A stretch of DNA of 64,000 nucleotides, from positions 1,851 to 65,850 of the forward strand of contig JAUZQO010000022.1 of NCBI GenBank assembly GCA_030950925.1. Reading direction: 5' to 3'. A program made the translations under genes and the position numbers. The notes beneath the pieces were generated by a model. It had not been told where the DNA came from. It did no database searches and saw nothing but the letters and a program-made list of their open reading frames with translations. Positions 29,109-39,400 of the stretch are shown here, piece by piece. How positions within the stretch are numbered: position 1 is the stretch's first letter; the number at the start of each line of letters is the position of its first letter. The DNA comes from Mariprofundaceae bacterium. Lineage in GTDB: Bacteria > Pseudomonadota > Zetaproteobacteria > Mariprofundales > Mariprofundaceae.

Positions 29109-30434
29109 ATGTTTCGATATTTCTTTATTATTATGATGATCGCATTGGGTTTGTTCTTGGAAGGTTGTAGTCACCCTTTGGCTTTATCTGTGTTGCCAGA
29201 TCAAAGTGTGTCGCCCAAAGGTGATGTTTTGGAGGCTGATTCAGATGTTTTATTCGAGCCTGTAGATAGGCTAGCTCTCGAACCTACTCAAATCACTACA
29301 AGACCCGCTTATCACTTGAGTTCACCGTTTTTTTCAGGGGTTCGCAGTGATGATTTGGCTTGGGCAGAGGCACAGGTTAAAGCTTCACTCTCGAGGCATT
29401 GGCATGTTTTGGCAGAGCGTTCTACGTGGGTTCGCGAGCGGGTTCTTAAAGGTCTCGAGGATGCTGGCGCTCCCCGAGATTTACAGGTCATTCCGATTGT
29501 GGAATCGGCGTATCAGCCTTATGCTTTATCACGCACGGGTGCGATGGGCTTATGGCAATTGATGCCCAAAACGGCCTATGGCTTGGGGGTACGTGATACC
29601 CAAGCGGGTGATGGTCGGCGACATGTGGAAATATCCACACGCGCAGCAGCGCAATATTTGATGCAGCAACGCAAAAGATTTGGTAATTGGGTGCTGGCTT
29701 TTGCAGCTTATAATATGGGACCGTATGGCTTAGCCAAGCATTTGAAAAAATCCCCATGGCAACTATCGGATGGGATACGGCATTTACCCGTGCCCAAAGA
29801 GACGCGAAATTATGTCATGCGTATTTTGGGGGTGACAGCCTTGTTGCATTTGCATGTTGTGGCATTTCCTCAAGAGATGAGAACCACGAAAGTGACATTA
29901 TTACCACCGATTGATATTCGAATTTTGGAGAAGCGTTTAAAATTATCACACCATGATTTGTTTCGACTTAACCCACAGTTGTATTACAGTCAGTATTTCC
30001 AACATGCGGTGAGTATTCATGTGCCGAATACATTGCTGGATCAATTACACTATGGTAGTGAACAGCAGCAACCGCATGATATTCATGTACGCATTCGTTC
30101 GGGTGATTCTTTATGGCGGTTGGCTCGTACATACCACACGACTACGAAACACATCAAGGCTTTGAACCCACACCTTTCCAAAATTTTACATATTGGTCAG
30201 CGCATTAAAGTGCCTGCACATGGCTATGCACGGGCAACGGCGAGTATAAACCCTTTGCTTTCAAAAGGGCGGCGCATTCGTTATAAAGTACGCAAAGGCG
30301 ATTCTTTGTGGAGAATTTCACATCGATTTGGGACGACAACCCATGCTATTTCACGTTCCAATCAATTATCAAAACATCATATTTTACGACCAGGAGATAC
30401 CTTATGGATTCTTGCACGCATTCGCTCAAGCTGA
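29109..30434 (+). CDS. mltD: Membrane-bound lytic murein transglycosylase D-like lipoprotein (SLT domain + 2 LysM)
   Basis: Lipobox LFLEGC, SLT catalytic region IPIVESAYQPYALSRTGAMGLWQLMPKTA, and two LysM repeats (HVRIRSGDSLWRLARTY...IKVP and YKVRKGDSLWRISHRF...). Confidence 0.8.
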   Translation: MFRYFFIIMMIALGLFLEGCSHPLALSVLPDQSVSPKGDVLEADSDVLFEPVDRLALEPTQITTRPAYHLSSPFFSGVRSDDLAWAEAQVKASLSRHWHVLAERSTWVRERVLKGLEDAGAPRDLQVIPIVESAYQPYALSRTGAMGLWQLMPKTAYGLGVRDTQAGDGRRHVEISTRAAAQYLMQQRKRFGNWVLAFAAYNMGPYGLAKHLKKSPWQLSDGIRHLPVPKETRNYVMRILGVTALLHLHVVAFPQEMRTTKVTLLPPIDIRILEKRLKLSHHDLFRLNPQLYYSQYFQHAVSIHVPNTLLDQLHYGSEQQQPHDIHVRIRSGDSLWRLARTYHTTTKHIKALNPHLSKILHIGQRIKVPAHGYARATASINPLLSKGRRIRYKVRKGDSLWRISHRFGTTTHAISRSNQLSKHHILRPGDTLWILARIRSS

Positions 30435-32071
30435 TTGCTTTATGTGTGGTGCTGGGTTTGGCAGCCTGCTCCTCTGAACCTGAATCTCATCTGCAAACGC
30501 AACACAGCGAAACCGTCGATATGAGTCCTGCCTATGGTGATCGCTTGGTCACGGCATCCATTGGCGATGCCAGCACCTTGATTCCCATGCTTGCTGGCGA
30601 TTCATCCAGCCATACCATTGCAGGTCAGTTGTATCAATCCTTGTTAAAATTTGATAAAAATTTACACATTGCCAATCAACTCACGGCATCTTGGCAAGTC
30701 TCCGATGATGGCTTGTCGATTACTTTTCATTTGCGCCCTAATATATCTTGGACAGATGGTGTTGCTTTTACCTCCCAAGATTGTGCATTTACACTGGCAT
30801 TGATTCAAGATGACCATACGCAAAGTGCCTACAAATCGGATTACGCTAAGGTCACAAGCTTTGAAACACCCGATGCCCAGACTTTTATCGTGCATTATGA
30901 TATGGTTTATTCACCTGCGCTTTCGACATGGGCAGGTCTTTCGATTTTACCCAAGCATATCTTTGAACACCAAGATATTATGAAAACCGACTTGGCACGT
31001 CACCCGAAAGCTACCATGGGGCCTTATATTTTGAAGGATTGGCAGTCTCAACAGTCTATCACCTTAAAAGCCAACCCCCATTATTATGGTGGTAAAGTAT
31101 GGGTTGCCGAACATTTAACGCGCATTATCCCAGATACTGCCACGCAATTTTTGGAGTTAAGTGCAGGGCATATTGATGAAATGGGTTTAACACCAACACA
31201 ATATAAACGCTTATTTGAAACAAAATCATTTTTAAAGATAAATTATCAGCGTTATCACTATCTTGAATCGGTATATACGTATTTGGGTTTTAATTTGAAA
31301 CGCCCGCTATTTGCCGATCAACGTGTTCGTGAAGCCATGGCCTATGCCATTGACCGTCAGGAATTGATTGATGGGGTGTTACTGGGGCAAGGGGAGATGA
31401 TTGCCTCACCGTATAAACCAGGGACAGCATGGGTGAATACATCCTTACATCCACGCGCATTTAACCCTGAAAAAGCCAAAATATTGTTGGCGCAAGCGGG
31501 TTGGAAAGATAGCAATGGCGATGGTATTTTGGATAAAAATGGTCAACCTTTATCATTCACCATCATCACCAATAATGGTAATAAACAACGTGCAGACACC
31601 GCGACAATCATCCAACAGCGATTAAAGCAAGTTGGCATTCAAGTGAAAGTACGTTTGATTGAATGGTCAGCATTTATTGAAAACTTTATCAACAAACGTG
31701 ATTTTGATGCGGTGATTTTGGGTTGGTCACTGACACCCGAACCCGATCAATACAATATTTGGCATTCCTCTCAAACAGGTAAACGTCAGTTTAATTTTTT
31801 AAGTTACAACAATGCCAAAGTGGATGAAGCTTTGATCAAAGCCACGCAAACTTTTGATGAAAGCAAACGCAAACAATGGTATGACATCATGCAAAAGGAA
31901 ATTTATCAGGATGTACCGATGGTGTTTTTATATGCGCCGTATTCACTTCCCGTGGTGCATAAGCGTTTTCAAGGCATCAAACCAGCCCCTTCGGGCATTG
32001 GCTACAACAGTGAATTTTGGTATGTCCCCAAAGGTTTTCAGAAGTATCAAGTGCCAGCGATGCAGCCATAA
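30404..32071 (+). CDS. ABC transporter substrate-binding lipoprotein, family 5 (peptide/nickel type)
   Basis: The start at MDSCTHSLKLIALCVVLGLAACSSEP gives a lipobox LAAC. Length and internal pattern (LVTASIGDASTLIPML..., FTSQDCAFT..., ILGWSLTPEPD) are those of DppA/OppA-like SBPs. It overlaps the mltD-like end by 31 nt. Confidence 0.8.
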   Translation: MDSCTHSLKLIALCVVLGLAACSSEPESHLQTQHSETVDMSPAYGDRLVTASIGDASTLIPMLAGDSSSHTIAGQLYQSLLKFDKNLHIANQLTASWQVSDDGLSITFHLRPNISWTDGVAFTSQDCAFTLALIQDDHTQSAYKSDYAKVTSFETPDAQTFIVHYDMVYSPALSTWAGLSILPKHIFEHQDIMKTDLARHPKATMGPYILKDWQSQQSITLKANPHYYGGKVWVAEHLTRIIPDTATQFLELSAGHIDEMGLTPTQYKRLFETKSFLKINYQRYHYLESVYTYLGFNLKRPLFADQRVREAMAYAIDRQELIDGVLLGQGEMIASPYKPGTAWVNTSLHPRAFNPEKAKILLAQAGWKDSNGDGILDKNGQPLSFTIITNNGNKQRADTATIIQQRLKQVGIQVKVRLIEWSAFIENFINKRDFDAVILGWSLTPEPDQYNIWHSSQTGKRQFNFLSYNNAKVDEALIKATQTFDESKRKQWYDIMQKEIYQDVPMVFLYAPYSLPVVHKRFQGIKPAPSGIGYNSEFWYVPKGFQKYQVPAMQP

Positions 32072-32101
32072 AAAAAGGCTTTGGGTTGAAGCCCAAAGCC
32101 T
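32070..32101 (-). terminator. Intrinsic terminator for the minus-strand gene (hairpin shared with the end of the SBP gene)
   Basis: 10-bp perfect stem aggctttggg / cccaaagcct (32076-32101) with loop ttgaag. The A-run 32070-32076 becomes the U-tail only for minus-strand transcripts. Confidence 0.65.
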
Positions 32102-32113
32102 GCGAGTTATGGA

Positions 32114-32614
32114 TTATTTTTCGAAATCTTGCCCTTTCTCTTTCATGAAATAACCGGCCATACCATGTTCTTTATCTTCAAAAATCTTATACCAAATCAA
32201 TGGTTTGGATATGGATGTTGGCATAATCGATTCATTGCTTTTGCCTTTTCCCTCAAGAAATTTTTCACACATACCTGATACTTCCCAAGTTTTTTGCGTA
32301 TGGATAGTAATTTGGCAGTTTAAACCAAAGTCTTGAAAACGACCTCCCACCTCACGCAATATATCATTTTGGATACTGAATACATCGCCATCTTGAATGG
32401 CTACAGAATGAGCAAACAACATCATTTCAGCACCTTTTTCATGCATCAGGGGTTCAATGGCATCACCGACAACAGTATCGGGGAAGGAAAAGTCAGCATG
32501 ACTTCCATTGTTGAAAAAAGCTGCAAAATGAGCATGCGTTCCTGGTGTCGCTTGTGCCGTGCTTGCAATAAAAATAGTGCAAGCTATCAAGCATAAAATT
32601 TTTATTTTGAGCAA
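32114..32614 (-). CDS. Hypothetical secreted protein
   Basis: A TTG start at 32614 sits 7 nt after AAGGAG (complement of 32622-32627). The signal peptide is LLKIKILCLIACTIFIASTAQA-TPG. No recognisable motif. The longer track ORF (start 32707) lacks an RBS. Confidence 0.5.
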   Translation of the reverse strand: MLKIKILCLIACTIFIASTAQATPGTHAHFAAFFNNGSHADFSFPDTVVGDAIEPLMHEKGAEMMLFAHSVAIQDGDVFSIQNDILREVGGRFQDFGLNCQITIHTQKTWEVSGMCEKFLEGKGKSNESIMPTSISKPLIWYKIFEDKEHGMAGYFMKEKGQDFEK

Positions 32615-32748
32615 TGAATGGCTCCTTAAGGTTATATGCGAAAGCTGAAACAGTGGCGTGATTAAAGATATAATGCAAGTGCATCTTTTGTGTAAGTTGC
32701 TTGCCAAGATGGTAAGGGATTACAGTATTGCCAACATGAAGGTGGGAT

Positions 32749-33951
32749 ATGACACAGATATTACATGAATTTGATGCAGTGATTGTGGGTGGTGGTGCTG
32801 TGGGTGGCATACAAGCACTTGAATTGGCGAACTTGGGTTATCGGGTGGCGATGGTTGAACAAAATATGCCATGTATGGCATCAAGTAATCCTGAACGGGT
32901 GGTGGCGTTGTCGTATGGTTCGCGTTGCTATTTGGAAGGTTTGGGGTTGTGGCATGATATTGCCAAACAAGGTGTAGGAGCGATTCGTTTTATTGATGTT
33001 CGAGAGCCGAACAATCATGGTGAAATGCACATGCTTGCCTCAGAAAAAAACGTGGATACCTTGGGCTATGTCGTAGAATTGTCGGATGTGGTGGCAGCAG
33101 CCTATGCTGCTTTAAAAGATAAAATCACCATGTTTTGTCCTGCAAACGTGACACAAGTGCATCGTGATGATGATACTGCGCATATTTCCATACAATATCA
33201 AGCTCAGCCTCAAGAGCTTCATGCAAAATTATTGATTGCTGCCGATGGCACGCACTCACAGATGCGACGTATGGCAGGCATTACCACCCACGGTTGGGAT
33301 CACAATCGTTTTGGTTTAGTCGCTTCGATTCGCTGTGAACGTGGGCATGCGGATACGGCTTATGAATGTTTTCGTCAGTCAGGGCCCTTGGCATGTTTGC
33401 CCTTGGCCGATGGTCGTTTTTCGATTGTTTGGGCGTTAGCGCCCCAAGAAGCCATGCGCATGTTGGATATGCCCGAACGTATGTTTTTGAAGCGTTTACA
33501 ACGTGCCGTGGATGAAGCGGTATTGCCGCGTTCAGGGCGGATGCTGGAAGTAAGCAAACGTGCATGTTTCCCCTTAGAATTACGTATTGCTCAATCCTAT
33601 ACAGGATCGCGTATGGTGTTGATTGGCAATGCCGCACATACCTTGCACCCAATCGCAGGCCAAGGGCTGAATTTGGGTTTAAGAGATGTTGCAGCATTGA
33701 GTCAAGCCTTGTGCCATCAGCCTGCTGATATGGGGGCTGATATTATTTTACAAGCTTATGCGGAACAACGGCGTTTGGATGTGTTGGCAGTCGCAGGTTT
33801 TACAGAATCCATGTTAGCAAGTTTTGGAACGAATTTTTCGCCGTTTAAGTGGTTGCGGGGTCAAGCGTTGGATGGGATGCAAAGTATCACACCTTTGCGC
33901 TCCTTGTTGATGGAGCATGCAGCAGGCTTAAGCCAAGTGGGGAAAGTATGA
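32749..33951 (+). CDS. ubiH: FAD-dependent ubiquinone-biosynthesis hydroxylase (UbiH/UbiF/VisC/COQ6 family)
   Basis: DAVIVGGGAVGG FAD fingerprint, ADGTHSQMR and GNAAHTLHPIAGQGLNLGLRD. Confidence 0.8.
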   Translation: MTQILHEFDAVIVGGGAVGGIQALELANLGYRVAMVEQNMPCMASSNPERVVALSYGSRCYLEGLGLWHDIAKQGVGAIRFIDVREPNNHGEMHMLASEKNVDTLGYVVELSDVVAAAYAALKDKITMFCPANVTQVHRDDDTAHISIQYQAQPQELHAKLLIAADGTHSQMRRMAGITTHGWDHNRFGLVASIRCERGHADTAYECFRQSGPLACLPLADGRFSIVWALAPQEAMRMLDMPERMFLKRLQRAVDEAVLPRSGRMLEVSKRACFPLELRIAQSYTGSRMVLIGNAAHTLHPIAGQGLNLGLRDVAALSQALCHQPADMGADIILQAYAEQRRLDVLAVAGFTESMLASFGTNFSPFKWLRGQALDGMQSITPLRSLLMEHAAGLSQVGKV

Positions 33952-35159
33952 TGAATCAAGGCATAGAATACGTGGATGTGGTGATTGTTGGTGGTGGCAT
34001 GGTGGGCTTGGCATGTGCCAGTGCCTTAAAAGATTCGGGTTTGCAGGTGGTGGTGATTGAACGTAGCGAAAGTAAACCTTTTGAATCCTTGGCTATGGAT
34101 TGTCGGGTATCGGCGATTGTCTTAGGAAACCAACAGATTTTAGAGGGGCTAGGAGCTTGGCAATACTTACAAGCGGATGCGCAAGCCATGCACAGTATGA
34201 AAATTTGGGATGACCAACAGGCAGGTGGTATTCGCTTTGATGCGGAAGAAATTGGTGAAGATGCCTTAGGTTTTTTGGTGGAAAATAGTCACTTACAAGC
34301 CGCACTTCAACGTAGTTTATTGCACAGTGATACGGTGCAACACCTTTGCCCAGCGATGATTGAGCATATTGAGTGGTTGAGTGATGCAGTACAGATCACC
34401 TTGGATGATGGTCACCAATTATCAACACCCTTGATGGTGGGTGCAGATGGCGCACGATCATGGTTGCGTGAAGAGGCTGATATTGGTGTGTATGCCCGTG
34501 ATTATGAACAAAAAGCGATTGTAGCGAATGTTCGTCCATTGATGCCGCATCATGGCACGGCTTTTCAACGCTTCACGGCTTCAGGCCCTTTGGCGATGCT
34601 ACCCATGAAAGATGGTTTATGTTCGATTGTTTGGAGTCAATTCAATGAAGATGCTAAGCAATGGATGGCATTGGATGATATTGGTTTTAAGGAAGCTTTA
34701 AATATGACTTTTGGTCCAGTATTGGGGCGCATCGAAGAAGTTGGGAAACGTGCTTCTTTTCCTTTAAAAGCACAACTTGCCATGCACTTGGTACGCCCGC
34801 GTTTGGCATTGATTGGCGATGCAGCGCATAGTATTCATCCCTTGGCTGGCTTGGGTGTGAATCTTGGTTTGCGTGATGCGATGGTGTTGGCGCAAGAAAT
34901 TGTGGATGCCAAAAAATATGGTGAAGATTGGGGTGAATTATCAGTACTCAATCGCTACATGAAGTTACGCATGCCTGATGTGTTGACGGTGATGGGTTCG
35001 ATGGAAGGATTTCATCGTTTGTTTACCAGTCAAATACCCAGTTTACCTTTGTTGCGTGGTTTGGGCATGAAAGCAATGGGCAATGCAGGGGTGTTAAAAC
35101 ACCTATTGATGAAAAACTCTGCGGGGATTCATTTACCTGTTCCAAAACAAATTTCTTAA
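33948..35159 (+). CDS. ubiI: Second UbiH/UbiF/VisC-family hydroxylase (VisC/UbiI-like by position)
   Basis: DVVIVGGGMVGLA, ADGARSWLR and GDAAHSIHPLAGLGVNLGLRD. ATG 33948 overlaps the ubiH stop. The symbol is assigned only by analogy with the ubiH-visC pair of enterobacteria. Confidence 0.65.
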   Translation: MMNQGIEYVDVVIVGGGMVGLACASALKDSGLQVVVIERSESKPFESLAMDCRVSAIVLGNQQILEGLGAWQYLQADAQAMHSMKIWDDQQAGGIRFDAEEIGEDALGFLVENSHLQAALQRSLLHSDTVQHLCPAMIEHIEWLSDAVQITLDDGHQLSTPLMVGADGARSWLREEADIGVYARDYEQKAIVANVRPLMPHHGTAFQRFTASGPLAMLPMKDGLCSIVWSQFNEDAKQWMALDDIGFKEALNMTFGPVLGRIEEVGKRASFPLKAQLAMHLVRPRLALIGDAAHSIHPLAGLGVNLGLRDAMVLAQEIVDAKKYGEDWGELSVLNRYMKLRMPDVLTVMGSMEGFHRLFTSQIPSLPLLRGLGMKAMGNAGVLKHLLMKNSAGIHLPVPKQIS

Positions 35160-35162
35160 AGT

Positions 35163-36547
35163 ATGAATGTCCTTTCTGATGGATTGACCCTTCGTGGTAA
35201 GCCATTGCAAGAGCGACACGAACCGCTTTATGCCGAACACCCGTTACAAGCATGGCAAGGCTTATTGCAAGCGCGTGAATTACAAGAATCTGATGCGTTT
35301 TTTCGCCCCAATTAAGTCAACTTCCCAATCCTTTGTTGATGCAAGATATGGAAAAAGCAGTGCAACGTGTGGTGACTGCCATTCAAACAGGTGAATCAAT
35401 TCATATTTTTGGTGATTTTGATTGTGATGGTGTATCAGGCACGACAATTTTGCTTGAGGCATTGTTGGCAGCAGGGGCAACGGTGACTTCATCCATCCCC
35501 CATCGGGCATGGCATTGGTGTCCAACCTGTGCAAGAAGCCGTGGCATCTGGTGTGGGTTTGGGGATTAGCGTGGATACGGGTACGACCTGTTTTGCAGCC
35601 TGTGAAGAAGCCAAACGACTGGGCTTGAATTTGATTATCACCGACCACCATTTACCCGATAAACATTTGCCCAAAGCTTTTGCCTTGCTCAATCCTGCGC
35701 GTGAGGATTGTGGTTTTTCTGAGCGTAAACTTTGTGGAACTGGCGTGGCTTTTTTTCTATTGATGGCAGTGTGGCAATGCTTGAGGCGACTTGGAGAACC
35801 TCCTGGCTATGATTTGCGTCTATTATTGGATCGTGTGGCAGTCGCAACGGTTGCAGATATGATGGATTTAGTGGGCGTGAACCGTATTTTGGTGGCGTAT
35901 GGTTTGCAACAATTGAACCATTCACCTTGTGTGGGGATGTCGGCTTTGATGAAGGTGGCGAGAGTGCGTGGCAAAGTCACTGTCGAAACCATTGGTTTTT
36001 ATATTGCCCCACGCATCAATGCTGCTGGGCGCATGCAACATGGTGATGTAGCCATGCGTTTCTTGTTATCGAGCGATATGGAAGAAGCCAATGCTTTGGC
36101 GAATCAATTGGATGAAATGAATAAACACCGACGTAACATTGAAATAAAGGTGTTGCAGCAAGCCACAAATCTATTGGGTGAAAAAAAACAGAACAATGGA
36201 TTGATGGTGTATTAAGCTTATCGGCTCTGCATATTGGTTTCGCGCATCGCGTGCAACAGTTTGAACCCATTGGTCGTGCCAACCCTGCTATTTCTTGGTT
36301 GATTCAGGATGTGCATGTGTCGGAACGTAAAGATTTGAAAGGTGGTGTGATGCAATTGACCTTAAGTGATGGACAATATTATCTATCAGCCATTGTATTG
36401 GGTGGCAGTGTGTTCAGTGCCAATTTACAGCTTGGAATGATGATTTCAGTGGTGGGGCAGTTGAAACCTGATGATTGGAAAGGTGACGATGCCATTCAAT
36501 TTGAAGTGGATGATGTATGGGTGAATGAAGTGGTTTTAACCGCCTGA
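35163..36547 (+). pseudogene. recJ: recJ single-stranded-DNA 5'-3' exonuclease, disrupted (two frameshifts and loss of the DHHA1 domain)
   Basis: RecJ-like segments sit in three frames. They are MNVL...ESDAFFRPN* (stop 35313); PQLSQLPNPLLMQDMEKAVQRVVTAIQTGESIHIFGDFDCDGVSGTT...SSIPHR; GHGIGVQPVQEAVASGVGLGISVDTGTT...LIITDHHLP...GTGVAFFL...APRINAAGRM...LLGEKK (stop 36213); and IDGVLSLSALHIGFAHRVQQFEPIGRANP...FEVDDVW. The region carrying the DHHA1 GGH motif (about 115 aa by comparison with 577-aa E. coli RecJ) is absent. Confidence 0.8.
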
Positions 36548-38253
36548 TTTTGAATACAATTTACAATATCTTCTGGTGATACAGGTTTGGATAAAAAAGC
36601 ATTCATGCCTGCTTCTTTGGCTTCATCAATCAGCGATGATAGCGCGTGTGCACTCAAGCCAATGATAGGCATGGATAGATTGTTTTGACGGATAGCGCGA
36701 GTTAATGCCATACCATCCATTTTTGGCATATGTAAATCAGTGAGCATGGCATCATAGCAACGTTTTTCAAGAAGTTCTAAGGCTTCTAAACCATTGGATG
36801 CAACATCCACATGCATGCCAGAGCGTTGAATGCTTTTGCTAGCAATGCGTTGGGCAATGCGATCATCTTCCACCAATAAGATAGATAATGTTTTCTCAAT
36901 ATCGTTTGGCGCGTGCCCCTGTTTGGATAGATAGTGCTTCGGTGGCATAAGCTCTTGCATGCCCCAAGATAATTCGTGGATGTCTTGCGAAGATGATAGG
37001 CAAGGTAATGTGAAGGAAAAGCAACTTCCTTGTCCAATCTGACTGATGAGTGCAATCTTACCGCCAAGAAGTTCAACGCATTGTTTGACAATTGTGGTGC
37101 CTAGACCTGTGCCTTGGCGTTGTTTTTTGGATAAGTCACATTGATGAAAAGGCTCAAAAATCGATGATTGTTCTGCTTCTTCAATGCCAATGCCTGTATC
37201 CTTAATGGCAAAGAGCAGTTGATTTGACTGCAAGGATACATGGACATTAATATATCCAGATTCAGTAAACTTCACAGCATTACTCAAGAGATTGAGAAGT
37301 ATTTGACGCAAGATTTTTTGATCTGACATGATGTTTCTAGGCACATGCTGCATGCGTAAACGGAGTTCAATGCCTTTTTGTTGAGCTTGAAAAATAAAGG
37401 GTAAGATGGCTTCACGCAATAAGGGTAAAGTCCCTACTTTTTTTTGTTCAACCATCATTTTCCCTGATTCTATTTTTGCTAAATCCAACACGTCATTGAG
37501 TAAATCTTTGAGTATATGGGATGAATGCAATGCCAATTGCAATGACTCACGTTGTTCGGTTGTCCAGTTTTGAGAATCTTGGCTTAAAAGATCTTGCATA
37601 CCAATAATACCATGTAGTGGCGTACGTAAATCATGGCTCATGGTGGATAAAAAGTGACTTTTGGCCTGACTCGCATGCTGAGCCTGTGTTAAAGCCGTTT
37701 CTACTTGTTTCTGTTGAGAAATAATAATTTGTTCTGTTTGTTCCAGATAACGTACAAAAATATAGGAAATAATACCCATAAAGAAGGTGGCTAACATGAT
37801 AAAGGAAATTTCACCAAGGTTATAAAACAATGTAACATAGCCTAAATGTGCAGCGATGATACTCAATAGCATAAGTACTGAATAAATCATAAGCCAAAAA
37901 ACACCAATGCGCGTACCACCCAAAATAAAAAGAAGAATAGGGATACAGGGAATCCAGTAAATTCCGGTATTTTCAAAGCTTTCAGTGATAAGTAAGGGTG
38001 AGCAAATAGCAACACCACCAAAAAGTGCGAGGTGAACATGCCATGTTTTAAGACCACCTCTTTTCAAAGAAAAAAAACTGATGGTGACGGCAAATAAAGC
38101 AATGGCATCAGTCACTGCACCAATGTAAATATGCTGATAAATATCGAAAGCAAGGAAAAAACTTAATGTAAGGACATTGACCAGTAGAGAGTAATATAAA
38201 AACTCATCACGTGTTTGATGGAGTGAAAAATAACGTGGATCTTCAGTAGACAT
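36496..38253 (-). CDS. Hybrid sensor histidine kinase (multi-TM sensor, HisKA, HATPase, receiver)
   Basis: Five to six N-terminal TM helices. H box SHDLRTPLHGIIGM, N box LLNLLSNAVKFT, G1 KDTGIGI and G2 GTGLGTTIV. The receiver is ILLVEDDRIAQR...DAMLTDLHMPKMDG...FLSKP. Confidence 0.85.
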   Translation of the reverse strand: MSTEDPRYFSLHQTRDEFLYYSLLVNVLTLSFFLAFDIYQHIYIGAVTDAIALFAVTISFFSLKRGGLKTWHVHLALFGGVAICSPLLITESFENTGIYWIPCIPILLFILGGTRIGVFWLMIYSVLMLLSIIAAHLGYVTLFYNLGEISFIMLATFFMGIISYIFVRYLEQTEQIIISQQKQVETALTQAQHASQAKSHFLSTMSHDLRTPLHGIIGMQDLLSQDSQNWTTEQRESLQLALHSSHILKDLLNDVLDLAKIESGKMMVEQKKVGTLPLLREAILPFIFQAQQKGIELRLRMQHVPRNIMSDQKILRQILLNLLSNAVKFTESGYINVHVSLQSNQLLFAIKDTGIGIEEAEQSSIFEPFHQCDLSKKQRQGTGLGTTIVKQCVELLGGKIALISQIGQGSCFSFTLPCLSSSQDIHELSWGMQELMPPKHYLSKQGHAPNDIEKTLSILLVEDDRIAQRIASKSIQRSGMHVDVASNGLEALELLEKRCYDAMLTDLHMPKMDGMALTRAIRQNNLSMPIIGLSAHALSSLIDEAKEAGMNAFLSKPVSPEDIVNCIQNQAVKTTSFTHTSSTSN

Positions 38254-38393
38254 AGGTTATTTTTTGCAAGGCAAGCGTATGAGCATTCGAGTTTTTGATA
38301 CTGGGTAGGATTATAATACCCCCCTGAAATTTCAATAGGAATTAGACTTAAATATTTGTGTAGATGCCTGTGACCTTTAGGCTGGGGAGGATG

Positions 38394-39398
38394 TCAAGAT
38401 CTCCTAATCTGTTGTTGACGGCGATTGACGACAACACTATTCCCTTCTTGTTGTTTGGCGAGATGTTTAATTTCGCTGGCAACTTCGGCAACACAGACAT
38501 GCGATGGGTAGGCATTTTTTGGACATGGAATGACGGCCAAGGATAGACTAATGAATGGGAATTTAGTCGTTTGACCTTGCCTATTTTCACCAAGGATATA
38601 ACCCAATTTACGATCTTTTTTCTTATATAGGTTGGGTATACCTTGGGTGAAATCATGGAGGAATTTGTCAATGTATGTTTGCCAAGTATCACCTTTTAGG
38701 ATGATGACAAAATCATCGCCACCGACATGTCCAACAAAGTCATCTTGTTGGATGTGTTGTTTGAAAAGCTTGGCAACCCATTGAATAATATGATCGCCAC
38801 GTTCATAACCATAATGATCATTGTATGCCTTGAATGAATCCAAATCAGCATAAATAAGAATGAAGGCTTCTTTATCTTGTAAACGTTGATCTATTTCATG
38901 ATTAATACAATTGTTACCTGGAAGTTGGGAAAGAGGATTGCAATCCAAAGCATTTTTTACATGCACTTGTGTCATCGTTTTGAGTAAGGTGATAATGGAT
39001 AATATACCCATATATTTCCCATTTTTGGTGAAAATGACAGGATCAAAGGCATGGGCAGTCTTGCGCTGCGTTACAGCTTGACTGACCGATTCTAAATCGC
39101 TGTGATTATCAAAAATAAGCGGCTTACTTTCCATGATAATATCGACCTTTTTATTGCGATTTAACTCGCGTGAAAAGGTGTGTGAAAATACTGCCAATAC
39201 CTTACGACGTGTCACCAAACCTACAGCTTTTTGTTTTGTGTTCACCACAGGCAATGCGACAATATCTTCTTGCTTGGCAAATTTTTCCAACACATCCGTG
39301 GCGTACATGTCTAAAGTGATAGCTTGGGATATCTCAAGTTGTAAAGATATGGATTGACCATGAGCAGAGGATATTTGGATGGTTTGGTGTTTGGGCAT
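38394..39398 (-). CDS. CBS-pair / GGDEF-domain protein with a non-canonical GGDDF signature
   Basis: Two CBS-like modules (IVALPVVNTKQKAVGLVTRRKVL and FDPVIFTKNGKYMGILSIITLL). The GGDEF fold appears as ILIYADLDSFKAYNDHYGYERGD...FVGHVGGDDFVIIL. It starts 2 nt after the ppk stop. Confidence 0.75.
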   Translation of the reverse strand: MPKHQTIQISSAHGQSISLQLEISQAITLDMYATDVLEKFAKQEDIVALPVVNTKQKAVGLVTRRKVLAVFSHTFSRELNRNKKVDIIMESKPLIFDNHSDLESVSQAVTQRKTAHAFDPVIFTKNGKYMGILSIITLLKTMTQVHVKNALDCNPLSQLPGNNCINHEIDQRLQDKEAFILIYADLDSFKAYNDHYGYERGDHIIQWVAKLFKQHIQQDDFVGHVGGDDFVIILKGDTWQTYIDKFLHDFTQGIPNLYKKKDRKLGYILGENRQGQTTKFPFISLSLAVIPCPKNAYPSHVCVAEVASEIKHLAKQQEGNSVVVNRRQQQIRRS

Positions 39399-39400
39399 GG

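Noticed and set aside
38348-38692. 114-aa minus-strand ORF overlapping the 3' end of the CBS-GGDEF gene in another frame
   Set aside because: It is an alternative frame of a clearly coding region. It extends into the intergenic gap without an RBS and has no motifs.
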